A stretch of 64,000 nucleotides of DNA from Candidatus Tectimicrobiota bacterium (GTDB taxonomy: Bacteria; JACPUC01), in assembly GCA_016192455.1 (NCBI GenBank), contig JACPUC010000001.1:186001-250000 (forward strand). Direction: 5' to 3'. Below the pieces are notes generated by a model. That model saw only the letters and a list, made by a program, of their open reading frames with translations. It was not told where the DNA came from and did no database searches. The position numbers were made by a program, and so were the translations under genes. Below are positions 9,265-18,709 of this stretch, piece by piece; position 1 is the stretch's first letter, and every line of letters starts with the position of its first letter.

Positions 9265-10356
9265 CTACTGCACCGTCACGGAACCCACCATGCCGCCCGC
9301 GGCATGTCCAGGAACGGTGCAGAGCGAAGGGTAGATGCCGCTTTTGGTCGGCACGACGAACAGCTCCGTGCTTCCGCCCACCAGGAGTTCAATGGCATTG
9401 AAGTACGGCGCCTTGATCTCCGCGTGAGAGTCCTCCGCCTTGCGCAGGACGAGGGTGCGGTAGAAATCAGTGGTCGTGAAGTAATGCTTCGAGCCGTTGC
9501 CGGCAGGGTTCTGAATTTTCACCACGTAGGCGTGATCCTTCGCCAGGGGGACGCTGGACGGACTAAAGGAAAAGTCGCCTGCCTCGGGACCTTCGACCAA
9601 CGTCACCTCGACGGTCTCGCGGCTGCTCCAGACCTCGTGCGAGCCCGAGGTTCGCGGATCAATGTCCAGAGGCCGGGACCACTCCGAGGCCACCTGCAGG
9701 TCAATGGGATTCTGGGGCTCGCCGACCACGGTGATGGTTCCCGTCATGCCCAGCTCGGCATGGCCTGGGATGGTGCAGAGAAAGCCGTACTCGCCCGGCA
9801 CCATCGGCACGAAGAAGAGCTCGAGCTGACGGTCGGTTCCAGTCTTCAGCTCAAACGCTTTGAAGTACGGCGCCTTGTACTCTGCATCGCCGGTTTGCGC
9901 CTTGCGTGTGGCAATGCTCTTGTAAAACTCGGCCGCCGTGAGGTAGTGCTTGCTGGCATTGCCGTTGGCATTCTTGATGCGCAGAATGTAAGGGCGGCCG
10001 GCGGTGAAGGTGAGGTGGTTCGGCTCGAACACGAACTGCGTGCTGCTCAGCTCCTTCATCTCGACGGTGACGGTTTCCACCGCGCTCCAGTTGGCGGAGC
10101 TCACCACGTCGCTGCTTGATTCCACCCTGCCGACGCCGGCGGTGCCGAGCTCGAACTTCATCGTCACGGGGTTCCACACCATGTGCGCCCAAAACTCGCC
10201 GTCCACGCCTTCGACCGTGATGCCGCTCAGCACCACCCCCGTCTTGCCGCTGGTGGCTGAGGAGGTATTCGACAGGTCAATCGGCACCTCGGCATGAGCT
10301 ACGTGGACTGACACCAGCAACAACGCCGCTACCATTACGACTGTGCATGTTTTCAT
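9265..10356 (-). CDS. Secreted tandem cupredoxin (two type-1 copper domains)
   Basis: Signal peptide MKTC...AHA; two repeats with SKHY...CTIPGHAELGM and SKHY...CTVPGHAAGGM (His-Cys-His-Met ligands). Confidence 0.88.
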   Translation of the reverse strand: MKTCTVVMVAALLLVSVHVAHAEVPIDLSNTSSATSGKTGVVLSGITVEGVDGEFWAHMVWNPVTMKFELGTAGVGRVESSSDVVSSANWSAVETVTVEMKELSSTQFVFEPNHLTFTAGRPYILRIKNANGNASKHYLTAAEFYKSIATRKAQTGDAEYKAPYFKAFELKTGTDRQLELFFVPMVPGEYGFLCTIPGHAELGMTGTITVVGEPQNPIDLQVASEWSRPLDIDPRTSGSHEVWSSRETVEVTLVEGPEAGDFSFSPSSVPLAKDHAYVVKIQNPAGNGSKHYFTTTDFYRTLVLRKAEDSHAEIKAPYFNAIELLVGGSTELFVVPTKSGIYPSLCTVPGHAAGGMVGSVTVQ

Positions 10357-10560
10357 CGCCGGTTTCCTTCCGTTGCCTGGGTCTTGGCTCTGTTCCCCCC
10401 CGTCCACCATGTCCTCCCCCCATGGGGAGCCTGGAAGCTGGTCTGCCTGGCCCGAACGCCGCCCCGACGCGGGTCGCCGACCCATGCCGCCGGCTTCCAG
10501 GGCCGCTCGGAGCTTCGGCTTCCCCCCCTTGTCCCCCCTGGTCAGCACAGGGAGCGGCGC

Positions 10561-10616
10561 AAAAAAAAGGCGTAACCCGCGTGCGAAGACACCTTCGCAC
10601 CTCCAGGGTTACGCCT
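10561..10616 (-). terminator. Rho-independent terminator after the ECF operon
   Basis: Minus strand AGGCGTAACCC...GTGCGAAG/CTTCGCAC...GGGTTACGCC long stem followed by T8. Confidence 0.8.
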
Positions 10617-10667
10617 ACACTCAAGCAGCCCGGAGCTGCCGCGTCAGACGTTCCGGCCGCGCCGCTC

Positions 10668-11033
10668 TTAACTTGTACGACTCTTCTGCAGAGCTCCCGT
10701 CAGCTCCTTCCGCAAGGTTTCAAGCTGTTTGGACTTGAAGGCTTTTCTGGTTTCCTCCAGCACCTCAATGGCATGCTCGATCACATGCTCGAGCAAGCGG
10801 CGGCGACCGCAGCTCACCAAGGGGCAATAACTGCTCACCCCTTCTGGGCGCTTGGTCTGCTCCAGCAAGACAGTGTTGAGAATCTGCCGCTGGTGCTCCA
10901 CCCGGGTGATGATCTGCTCGGCAACCTGGTTCACGTAGCCCAGCAAATCACGGTCGAGAGATCGAGGAGATGCCGCCGGCGCCGCCACCGCCTCGGCCCC
11001 GCTGTCGCGGCGTGCTGACAAAGCGTCTCTCAT
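10668..11033 (-). CDS. Small helical hypothetical protein with CPxxxC motif
   Basis: Third gene of the sigma/anti-sigma unit; YCPLVSC followed by an amphipathic helix AIEVLEETRKAFKSKQLE. Confidence 0.65.
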   Translation of the reverse strand: MRDALSARRDSGAEAVAAPAASPRSLDRDLLGYVNQVAEQIITRVEHQRQILNTVLLEQTKRPEGVSSYCPLVSCGRRRLLEHVIEHAIEVLEETRKAFKSKQLETLRKELTGALQKSRTS

Positions 11034-11068
11034 GACAAAACCTTCCGGGCAACACCTTGCGGCCCGTC

Positions 11069-11896
11069 CTAAGGCTTCAAGCCTCGCTGGGTGGTCGCGC
11101 CGGGCTCAGTCAGCGCTACGCAAAGCTCCGCATAGCGCAGGAGCTCCTCTTCCGTCTGATTGGAGATGAGCACGTGAACCTTCCCCGCCGCCGTCCAGGC
11201 AGCGACGTGATGGTCCTGGTAAGGGCCATGACGAATCGTCAGCGAATCAACCTCGTGGCGGCGAGGTAAGTCTAGGACCATGTTCGAATCCCGAAACGCC
11301 AGATACCCCAGTCGATCGTCTCCCTCGTGGTACTCCACGAGCGCGGCGACCCGCCCGTCCAGGTTCACCACGGAAGCCCCGTCCAGGATGTAACCAGCCA
11401 GCGATGCCCGCGGCACCACCACCGAGAAACCGAGGCGTTCGTTCAACCATTCATCCACCTTCCAGAAGTCGCCCGAGCGGAAACCAAGCTCATGGCGCTG
11501 GGTGGCATGGCTTTCCTGCAGCTCAAGCAGCCGCGGCAGCAGCGCCGAGAGCATGGACCCCGCCGGCAGCCGATCGAGGCGCCAGACGCCAACCCCAAGC
11601 ACCGCCAGCACCGCCAGCACCGCCGCCACCGCCAGCGGCGCTACAACCTGCCAATGCAGGGTCCAGCGGCTGGCGAGTTTGTGCAGCTCCAGCCCGATCC
11701 GTTGATTCAGCTCCGCGGGAGCCTGGTGCTTCGTCTCCATGGTGCGCAGCGTCGCCCGCACCTGACTGAAGAACTCGAAGCGCTTGCCGCAGGTAAGGCA
11801 TTCCTCGAGGTGGCTGTGAATATCCGCATTCGTCTTGGCGTCCAGTTCACCGTCGAGGAACACATAGAGGTAGCGATTTAGGTCATGGCACTGCAC
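11069..11896 (-). CDS. Zinc-binding (ZAS/zf-HC2) transmembrane anti-sigma factor
   Basis: MQC...FLDGEL...HLEECLTC; one TM helix; His-rich periplasmic domain; abuts the sigma gene. Confidence 0.88.
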   Translation of the reverse strand: MQCHDLNRYLYVFLDGELDAKTNADIHSHLEECLTCGKRFEFFSQVRATLRTMETKHQAPAELNQRIGLELHKLASRWTLHWQVVAPLAVAAVLAVLAVLGVGVWRLDRLPAGSMLSALLPRLLELQESHATQRHELGFRSGDFWKVDEWLNERLGFSVVVPRASLAGYILDGASVVNLDGRVAALVEYHEGDDRLGYLAFRDSNMVLDLPRRHEVDSLTIRHGPYQDHHVAAWTAAGKVHVLISNQTEEELLRYAELCVALTEPGATTQRGLKP

Positions 11897-11897
11897 T

Positions 11898-12464
11898 CTA
11901 GGACCCCTCGGCCTGCCGTAACTTCGACAGATGCCGCTCCAAATCGCACCGAGCTCGAGAGAGCCTGGACATTACAGTTCCGATAGGGACATCAATGATG
12001 CCGGCGATCTCGCGGTACGTAAACCCTTCCACATCCGCAAGAATGATGATGAGGCGATGCTCGGCCGATAAGCGCGACAGCGCCTCCTCAAGGCACTGCC
12101 AGGTAAAGCGGAGGTCGACAACCTTTTCCGGATCTTGACTGGAACAGGAGCTGAACAGCGCCGCGACCTCTTGACCCCATCGTTCCTCATCCCACGCAAA
12201 CGGGTCAACGGGGATCTCCTTCTCCTTCTCCCTGATCAGGTTCTTCCACGTATTGAAGAGAATGGAGAACAGCCAGGAGCGTCCCTGCTCGGCCCGGTTG
12301 AGTTGTTTGAAATTCTGATACGCCTTGCAAAACGTCTCCTGCACGAGATCATCAGCGTCCGCAGGTTCCTGCACCAAGCGCAGCGCCGCGAAATGGACGG
12401 CATCGAGATGGGGAAGGATCACCCGCTCGAACTCTCGACGATGATCCTTGCGGCGAAATAGCAT
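11898..12464 (-). CDS. ECF RNA polymerase sigma-70 factor
   Basis: DADDLVQETF (region 2) and TYREIAGIIDVPIGTVMSRLSRAR (region 4); ATG 12464 preferred because it has an RBS and lies downstream of the ECF-type promoter. Confidence 0.92.
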   Translation of the reverse strand: MLFRRKDHRREFERVILPHLDAVHFAALRLVQEPADADDLVQETFCKAYQNFKQLNRAEQGRSWLFSILFNTWKNLIREKEKEIPVDPFAWDEERWGQEVAALFSSCSSQDPEKVVDLRFTWQCLEEALSRLSAEHRLIIILADVEGFTYREIAGIIDVPIGTVMSRLSRARCDLERHLSKLRQAEGS

Positions 12465-12497
12465 CGGCTTCCCCGAACTTGGCCTCTTCACCAACGT

Positions 12498-12524
12498 AGA
12501 CACCGGGAAGCATTGTTTTATTCC
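12498..12524 (-). promoter_or_regulatory. Putative autoregulatory ECF promoter
   Basis: GGAATA-N17-GTCT on the minus strand just upstream of the sigma gene. Confidence 0.55.
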
Positions 12525-12617
12525 ACGCAGGTCTCCCAGGCCTAAAGACAGCTATCTCCGGCATCAACCAGGCGCGCCGATGCCGCGATCCGCTCCTCTC
12601 CACCTGTGCCAACGTTG

Positions 12618-15600
12618 TCATCGCCGGCGCGGCCGCCGCAGGCTCGTCCGCAGATCAAGGAAGAGCGCGAAGAGCACCGGCACCAGCACCAGGGTGAGGA
12701 GGGTGGAGACGGTGAGGCCGCCCACCACCGCCGCCCCCAGGCCGCTGTAGAGCTCGGCGCCGGCCGAGCTGGCCGACTCGGGGAGGAGCCCGAGCGCGCC
12801 CACCACCGGCTCGATGTGGAGTGCCCCGGCGAGACGCTGCATGGCCAGGCCGAACTCATTGCCGGCGGCCAGCGGCAGCATGCCGAGGACGCTGGTGATC
12901 GTGGTCATGAAGATCGGCCGGATGCGCGAGCGCGTGCCCTCGATGAGCGCCTCGTACGGCTCCATCCCCTCGTTGCGCATGAAGTTGAGGGTCTGGTGCA
13001 CGAGCAGGATCGCGGTGTTGACGACGATGCCGCTGAGCAGGATGAACCCCAGGCGGGTGATCATCGTGTACTCGGAGTGGGTGAGGCGCACCGCCAGGAT
13101 GGCGCCGCTGGCGGCCAATGGCACCGTGATGATGATGATGAGCGGGTAAAGGAAGGACTCGAACAGCGACGCCATGAGCAGGAAGATGATGAGCACCGCG
13201 AAGACCAGCGACCAGCTCACCTCGCGGATCGCCACCTGCAGCTTGTCGGCGCTGCCCGCCAGGGTGAACGAGTACCCCTGGGGGAGGGTGCGGCGCAGCG
13301 GCTCGAGGACCTCGTTCGTCACCGCCTCGATCACCTGCCCGAGGGGCGCGTTCTCGGCCACGTTCACCGTGAGCCTCACGGCGCGGTCAAGCTCGATGTG
13401 ATCGATCTTCGTGGGGCCGGTGGTCTTCTCGAGCTGCGCGATGCTGGAGAGCTTCACCTGCATGCCGTTGGGCGTGTAAACGATGAGGTCGGAGAGCGCG
13501 GCGGTATCGTGGTAAACGCCGCGAGTGCCCTTGACGCGCACATCGATCTTATCGCCCCCTTCGCGGTACTCGGTGGCGACCCGGCCGGCCACGAGCGTCT
13601 CGACGACGTCCGCCACCTCGCGCACGGAAAGGCCGAGATCGGCGGCGCGCTCACGGTCAACCTTCACCTGCACCTCTGGGTTGCCGGTCTCGTAACTCGT
13701 GCGCACGAAGGTGACGCCCTCAACCCCCTGCCCACTCGCAGGCGGTGAGGCGAAAGCTCCGCCGTCCCCGCCGGGCGGGCCGGGCCGTACCTCCCGCCGG
13801 CCATCCCTCGCCCTGCCGGCCTGGCCATCCCCGTCACCCGCGGCCGGGCGCGCCGCCGGCACGGCCCGACCGGCGACCGTCTCGGGACGAGGCGTGATCT
13901 CCGGCTCCGCTGCCGGCGCTTCAACGGGCGGCGCTCCGCTGAGCGGGCCGCGCGGCGGCATGATCCGGTTCTTGATGCGTTCGGAGATGTCGGCGACAAC
14001 GTCGAGGTCCTTGCCGCGCACCTCGATATCGAAACTCTTGCCGAAATCCCGGCTGAAGATGTTGCTCTGCAAGGCGAGAGCGAACTCAAACCCGGGAACG
14101 CCGGCGGTGAGACCCTGAACCTTCGCGACCAACTGCTTGAGCTGCGGCTCGTACTCTCGCTTCGCGCTGATGCCGATGCCTTTGAAGCGCTCCCCGGCCA
14201 CCGCGAAGAGGTACTTCACCTCCGGCAGGCCCAGCAGCCGATCCTGGACGCGATCCGTCAGCTCCTCCAGCTTGTCCAGGTTCGTGCCGGGGAAGGGTTT
14301 CAGCACCACGAAGATGAAGTTGCGGTTGCCGCCGGGGAGATACTCCGACTTCGGCAACACCTGGATGCTGGCCACGAATCCCATGGTCACCAGGAGCAGC
14401 AGGGCAACTTTTTGCAGGGTGGCCGCGAGGGTTGTCCGGTAGGCTAGCGGGGTTGCCTGACGCCCGGGGAGGCCGCCGGTCGCATCGTGGACGCCGAAGT
14501 CCGCGGCGGTCAACGTCGAAGTTCCCTCACCAGGCGCCGGGGCGGTAGGGCCCCTCCGGCGCAGTGCCCGCGGCAGCCCCGCGCGGGCCGCCGCCAGCAG
14601 CCCGGCGGCGAGGGTGGGGGCGATGAAGAGGAGCCAGGCCTGTGCCGTCGGCCAGGGCGAAGGGGCCGGCGACGAGGGCCGGTGGCCAGGGGGTCCGAAG
14701 CCGGAAGCGGGCTGCGGCGCGGCGAGCGGCTCCCAGAAAAATCGCCAGCCATCCGCCGCGGGCTGCACCATCAACGGCAGGAGAAGGACGATGAGCAGCG
14801 CCGCCAGCAGCAGCACGCCGATCAACGGGTGGGGGGCTGTCGGCGCCTCGCTCTCGTCGCGGCTCGCGGCCGCCACGGGGCTCGCTCCGGCCGGCGCGTC
14901 GAAGAGCTCCGCCGCTCCTTCCGACGGCGCGGCGGGCGGGCTCGACGCAGCCCGCGCACCGCCTTGCGAGGGGGTTGGAGCGCCCCGATTGTGGGCCAGG
15001 CGCAGGACGGTGTCGAGCAGGAGGTAGCTCAAGGGAGCGAGGGCAAGCCACTCATAGAGTCCCAGTCCCCGGCTGACGAGGCTGCTCAACAGCCCCCCGG
15101 CGGCGAGAGACGCCGCGGCAAGCGCCAGCAGCCGGCGCGTCTCGTCGCGCTCCAGCTCAACCGGCCGCGTCAGCCAGCGGACCGACTCCACGATCAGCCA
15201 GAAGACCCAGCGGCTCAGCCACCCCAGGAGCGCCAGGTCGACCAGGAAGCGCGTCCCAGCGAAGCGCTTTGGGCTCCGCCCTGAACCGCCTGCCGGTCTG
15301 CCTCCCAGACGGCGCCCGAATCGATTCCACCATGATGCTCCCGGCTCCGTCGCCTCGCCGGCGCTCGCGGCGCCCTCCCTTGCCGCGGGAGGGACGTTCA
15401 GCTTCGAGGCGCTGATGCGCAGGAAGCGGGCGCAGAGCATCGGGATGACGGTGATGGAGACGAGGAGCGATAGCCCCACTGCGGCGCTGATCGCCAGCGC
15501 CAGGTCCTGGAAGAGCTGCCCCACCTCCTCCTCGACGAAGAGGATGGGCAGGAAGACCGCCAGCGTCGTCAGGGTCGAGGCCAGCACGGCGCCCCAGACC

Positions 15601-16886
15601 TCGCTGGTGCCGTCATAAGCGGCGGCCATCCGGTTTTTGCCCATCTGCAGGTGGCGGTAGATGTTCTCCAGCACCACGATGGCGTTATCCACCACCATGC
15701 CGACGGCAAAGGCCAGCCCCGCCAGGGAGATGATGTTGAGGGTCCGTCGGAAGGCGAGGACCACGATGAAGGTGCCGATGAGGGAGATCGGGATGGAGAA
15801 GCCGATGATGAGCGTGCTGCTCAGGCTGTGCAGAAAGAAGAGCAGCACGAAGACCGCCAGGAAGGCGCCGAATCGCAGGTTCTGGGTGACGAGGGCGATG
15901 GCGTCGCGGATGTACTCGGTCTCGTCGTAGACCGGCTGCAACTGCATGCCGCGCGGCTCGAGGTGCTGATTCAACTCGGCGACGGCGCGGCGCACGCCCT
16001 CGATGACGGTCAGGGTGTTCGTTCCCGTCTTCTTGATGACGCCGAAGCCGACGGTGGGCACGCCGTGCTCCTTGATGACGGCGTCGCGCTCCTCGAAGCT
16101 GTCGATCACCTCCGCCACGTCCTTCACGTAGACCGGGACGCCGCCATTCTTGGCGATGATGACGTTCTCGATCTCCTTCACGGCGCTGAACTGCCCCACG
16201 GTGCGCACCGCCCAGCGGCGCTTCCCCTCGTCGACGTGGCCGCCGCGCACGTTGCGGTTCTCATTGCTGAGGGCGTCGCGCACCTGGGCGATGCTGAGGC
16301 CGCGCGCGTTCAGGGCGCGATGGTCGAGGATGACGTGGATCTCGCGCTCCTGGCCGCCGAACTGCCGCAGATCGCCGACGCCGGCGACCCGCTTCAGGCG
16401 CGGCGCAATGAGGTCGTCGGCGTACTTGCGCATGGTGTTGACCGGCAGGTTGCCCTTGATCAGCATCCACATGATCGGCTGCGCTTCATCGCTCGAGATG
16501 GCGGAGATGATCGGCTCGTCGGCATCCTCCGGCAGGTCTTCCACCAGGTTGAGCTTCTTCAGGATGTCGATGCTGGCGAGGTCCTTGTTCACCCCCCAGT
16601 CGAACTCCAGGGTGATCGACGAGCGCCCCTCCTGCGAGGTGGAGGTGATCTTCTTGACGTTCTCCACCGAGTTGAGCTTCTCCTCGATGCGGTCCGTCAC
16701 CTGCTGCTCGACCTCCTGCGGCGCGGCGCCGCGGAAGGTCGTGTTGACGGTGATCTCCGGCTGGTCGATGGTGGGCTTGAGCTGCACGGGAACGCGGTAC
16801 AGCGCCAGCACGCCGAAGAGCGCCAGGAGGAAGACCGCCGAGATAACGGAGACGGGGCGCGTGGTGGCGGTGTGGATGAGCTTCAT
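12618..16886 (-). CDS. RND efflux permease (AcrB/AcrD/AcrF family) with large insertions
   Basis: RPVSV N-terminus, GMVVDNAIVVLENI, SRIRPIFMTT; about 1420 aa versus about 1050 typical. Confidence 0.92.
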   Translation of the reverse strand: MKLIHTATTRPVSVISAVFLLALFGVLALYRVPVQLKPTIDQPEITVNTTFRGAAPQEVEQQVTDRIEEKLNSVENVKKITSTSQEGRSSITLEFDWGVNKDLASIDILKKLNLVEDLPEDADEPIISAISSDEAQPIMWMLIKGNLPVNTMRKYADDLIAPRLKRVAGVGDLRQFGGQEREIHVILDHRALNARGLSIAQVRDALSNENRNVRGGHVDEGKRRWAVRTVGQFSAVKEIENVIIAKNGGVPVYVKDVAEVIDSFEERDAVIKEHGVPTVGFGVIKKTGTNTLTVIEGVRRAVAELNQHLEPRGMQLQPVYDETEYIRDAIALVTQNLRFGAFLAVFVLLFFLHSLSSTLIIGFSIPISLIGTFIVVLAFRRTLNIISLAGLAFAVGMVVDNAIVVLENIYRHLQMGKNRMAAAYDGTSEVWGAVLASTLTTLAVFLPILFVEEEVGQLFQDLALAISAAVGLSLLVSITVIPMLCARFLRISASKLNVPPAAREGAASAGEATEPGASWWNRFGRRLGGRPAGGSGRSPKRFAGTRFLVDLALLGWLSRWVFWLIVESVRWLTRPVELERDETRRLLALAAASLAAGGLLSSLVSRGLGLYEWLALAPLSYLLLDTVLRLAHNRGAPTPSQGGARAASSPPAAPSEGAAELFDAPAGASPVAAASRDESEAPTAPHPLIGVLLLAALLIVLLLPLMVQPAADGWRFFWEPLAAPQPASGFGPPGHRPSSPAPSPWPTAQAWLLFIAPTLAAGLLAAARAGLPRALRRRGPTAPAPGEGTSTLTAADFGVHDATGGLPGRQATPLAYRTTLAATLQKVALLLLVTMGFVASIQVLPKSEYLPGGNRNFIFVVLKPFPGTNLDKLEELTDRVQDRLLGLPEVKYLFAVAGERFKGIGISAKREYEPQLKQLVAKVQGLTAGVPGFEFALALQSNIFSRDFGKSFDIEVRGKDLDVVADISERIKNRIMPPRGPLSGAPPVEAPAAEPEITPRPETVAGRAVPAARPAAGDGDGQAGRARDGRREVRPGPPGGDGGAFASPPASGQGVEGVTFVRTSYETGNPEVQVKVDRERAADLGLSVREVADVVETLVAGRVATEYREGGDKIDVRVKGTRGVYHDTAALSDLIVYTPNGMQVKLSSIAQLEKTTGPTKIDHIELDRAVRLTVNVAENAPLGQVIEAVTNEVLEPLRRTLPQGYSFTLAGSADKLQVAIREVSWSLVFAVLIIFLLMASLFESFLYPLIIIITVPLAASGAILAVRLTHSEYTMITRLGFILLSGIVVNTAILLVHQTLNFMRNEGMEPYEALIEGTRSRIRPIFMTTITSVLGMLPLAAGNEFGLAMQRLAGALHIEPVVGALGLLPESASSAGAELYSGLGAAVVGGLTVSTLLTLVLVPVLFALFLDLRTSLRRPRRR

Positions 16887-17105
16887 GGGACGGTACAAGC
16901 AAGGGGGGCCGGGATGGTCGGGGTTGACGCGGCCGCGGGCCGGCCCGACGCCAGGCCCGGCGGACCGTCGCGCACCGCCGCCGCGAACATCTCTCCCCTG
17001 GAGCTGCGCGCGGCATGAGCGGCACGGGGGGTGGTCAGAGGTCGAGGGGAGGCGAGGCCGGCGGCGAGGGACCGCGGCGCCTGCACCGCGCTCGCCGCGG
17101 GGCCC

Positions 17106-18443
17106 TCACTCCTTCAGGATGCGCACGGGCGAGCCGGAGCGCAACGACTCGTTGCCGAGCACCACCACCTGCTGGCCGGGCGCCACCTCGCCATCCACGG
17201 CCACGTACTCCCCTTTCGCCACCCCGGTGGTGACGCGCACCGCCCGCACCGTCTTGGGCTTGGCGTTGCCGCCGTCTCCCAGCACGACAAAGACGGTCGG
17301 ACCATCGCGATCGACGATGGCATCCTTCGGCACCAAGGTGACCAGGCGTTCGTCGAGGACGAGCTGCAGACGAACGAACATGCCGCCCATCAACTCAATG
17401 CGGGGGTTCTCGATGGCGATCTTCACGGGGAAGGCCCGCGTCGAGACGTTGGCCCGGGGCGCGATGTGCTCGACCGTGCCACGGAAGAGTTTCCGCGGCA
17501 AGGCGTCGGCGCGAACCTCGGCCGCCAGGCCTTTCCTCACCATGCCGATGTGCTTCTCACTGATTTCCGTCAGCGCATAGACCGTGTCGAGCTTCAGGAG
17601 GTCCACCACCTTGCCGCCAGGCAGGATATGCTCCCCGACCTCGACGTGCTTGGCGGCGATGAGGCCGTCGAACGGGGCCTTCACGGAGAACTTGCGCACC
17701 TCGTCAAGGAGACGTTCCACGTTCGCCTGCCTGGCGGCCGCCTCCGCCTCGGCCGCGAGGATGTCCTCCTCGCGGCTTCCCGCCTCGGCTTCGGCGAGCT
17801 CCGCGACGGCGCGCTGCAGGTCGGCGTCGGCCGCCTCGTAGGTGAGGCGCGCCTCCTGCACATCATTCAGAGAGATGACGTTCTGTTGACGCAGCATTTC
17901 GGCGCGCTCGAGCTTCTGTTGCAAGCGGCGCGCATTCGCCCGCCGGCTCTCGACCGTGGCTCGCCGCTGAGCGATCTCCTCCGGCCGCAGGCCGCGCTTC
18001 AGCTTGGCGAGGTTCGCCTGCGCCTTGCGCAGCTCGGCCCTGGCGGCGCGCACCTCGATCTCCTTGGTCGTGCCGTCGATCTGACAGATCACCTGGCCCG
18101 CCTTCAGGCGATCGCCGATTTCCACCTTGCAGGTGCGCACCTGCCCTTCAACCTCGGAGCTGATCGTGCTGGAGAGCTCCGGAACGATCGTGCCGACGCT
18201 GCCGATCGTGCTGCGCACCCTGTCGCTGCGCACCGCGGCGACCTCCACCTGCATGGGACCGAACCCCTGCCCCCAGGCCGCGGCTGACCAGTCCGCCGCG
18301 GACACGCCCCCCAGCAGTAGGAGCGCCAGCGCGCCGCCTCGCCAGCGCCGGCTCCGACTTGGCGACACGTCGAACTTCCTCGCGCGCCTTTCCCTCGGCG
18401 CTTCGCTCAGCCGCGGTAGGGGTGCGCCGATCGCCTGCGTCAC
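17106..18443 (-). CDS. RND periplasmic adaptor (membrane fusion protein)
   Basis: ISSEVEGQV, long coiled coil, VKAPFDG, LVPKDAIV, VVVLG motifs; start uncertain. Confidence 0.9.
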   Translation of the reverse strand: MTQAIGAPLPRLSEAPRERRARKFDVSPSRSRRWRGGALALLLLGGVSAADWSAAAWGQGFGPMQVEVAAVRSDRVRSTIGSVGTIVPELSSTISSEVEGQVRTCKVEIGDRLKAGQVICQIDGTTKEIEVRAARAELRKAQANLAKLKRGLRPEEIAQRRATVESRRANARRLQQKLERAEMLRQQNVISLNDVQEARLTYEAADADLQRAVAELAEAEAGSREEDILAAEAEAAARQANVERLLDEVRKFSVKAPFDGLIAAKHVEVGEHILPGGKVVDLLKLDTVYALTEISEKHIGMVRKGLAAEVRADALPRKLFRGTVEHIAPRANVSTRAFPVKIAIENPRIELMGGMFVRLQLVLDERLVTLVPKDAIVDRDGPTVFVVLGDGGNAKPKTVRAVRVTTGVAKGEYVAVDGEVAPGQQVVVLGNESLRSGSPVRILKE

Positions 18444-18493
18444 GCGCGCGAACCTCCCTGCTCGTGTCGGGCGCCGGCGCCGCCCCGCCGCCT

Positions 18494-18522
18494 TTGCGCC
18501 GCCGCATCCCTCCTGCTACCAT
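18494..18522 (+). promoter_or_regulatory. Putative sigma70 promoter for the CoA ligase
   Basis: TTGCGC-N17-TACCAT with an extended TG. Confidence 0.45.
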
Positions 18523-18709
18523 GGAGCAGTGTAGCACGTGCGGCAGCGGAGCGTCGAACCGCGGTCGCGGGCGGCCGCCGCACCCGTGCGGGGCGCCGCG
18601 CTCACGTGCCCTGGGGGGCCGCAGGGGTATCGACGTCAGCCGCCCTGCCACCACGGCAGCGCCCGCCGTGAGGAACCCCGCCGCCGTCCCCCACGGAGGC
18701 GACCCTGCC

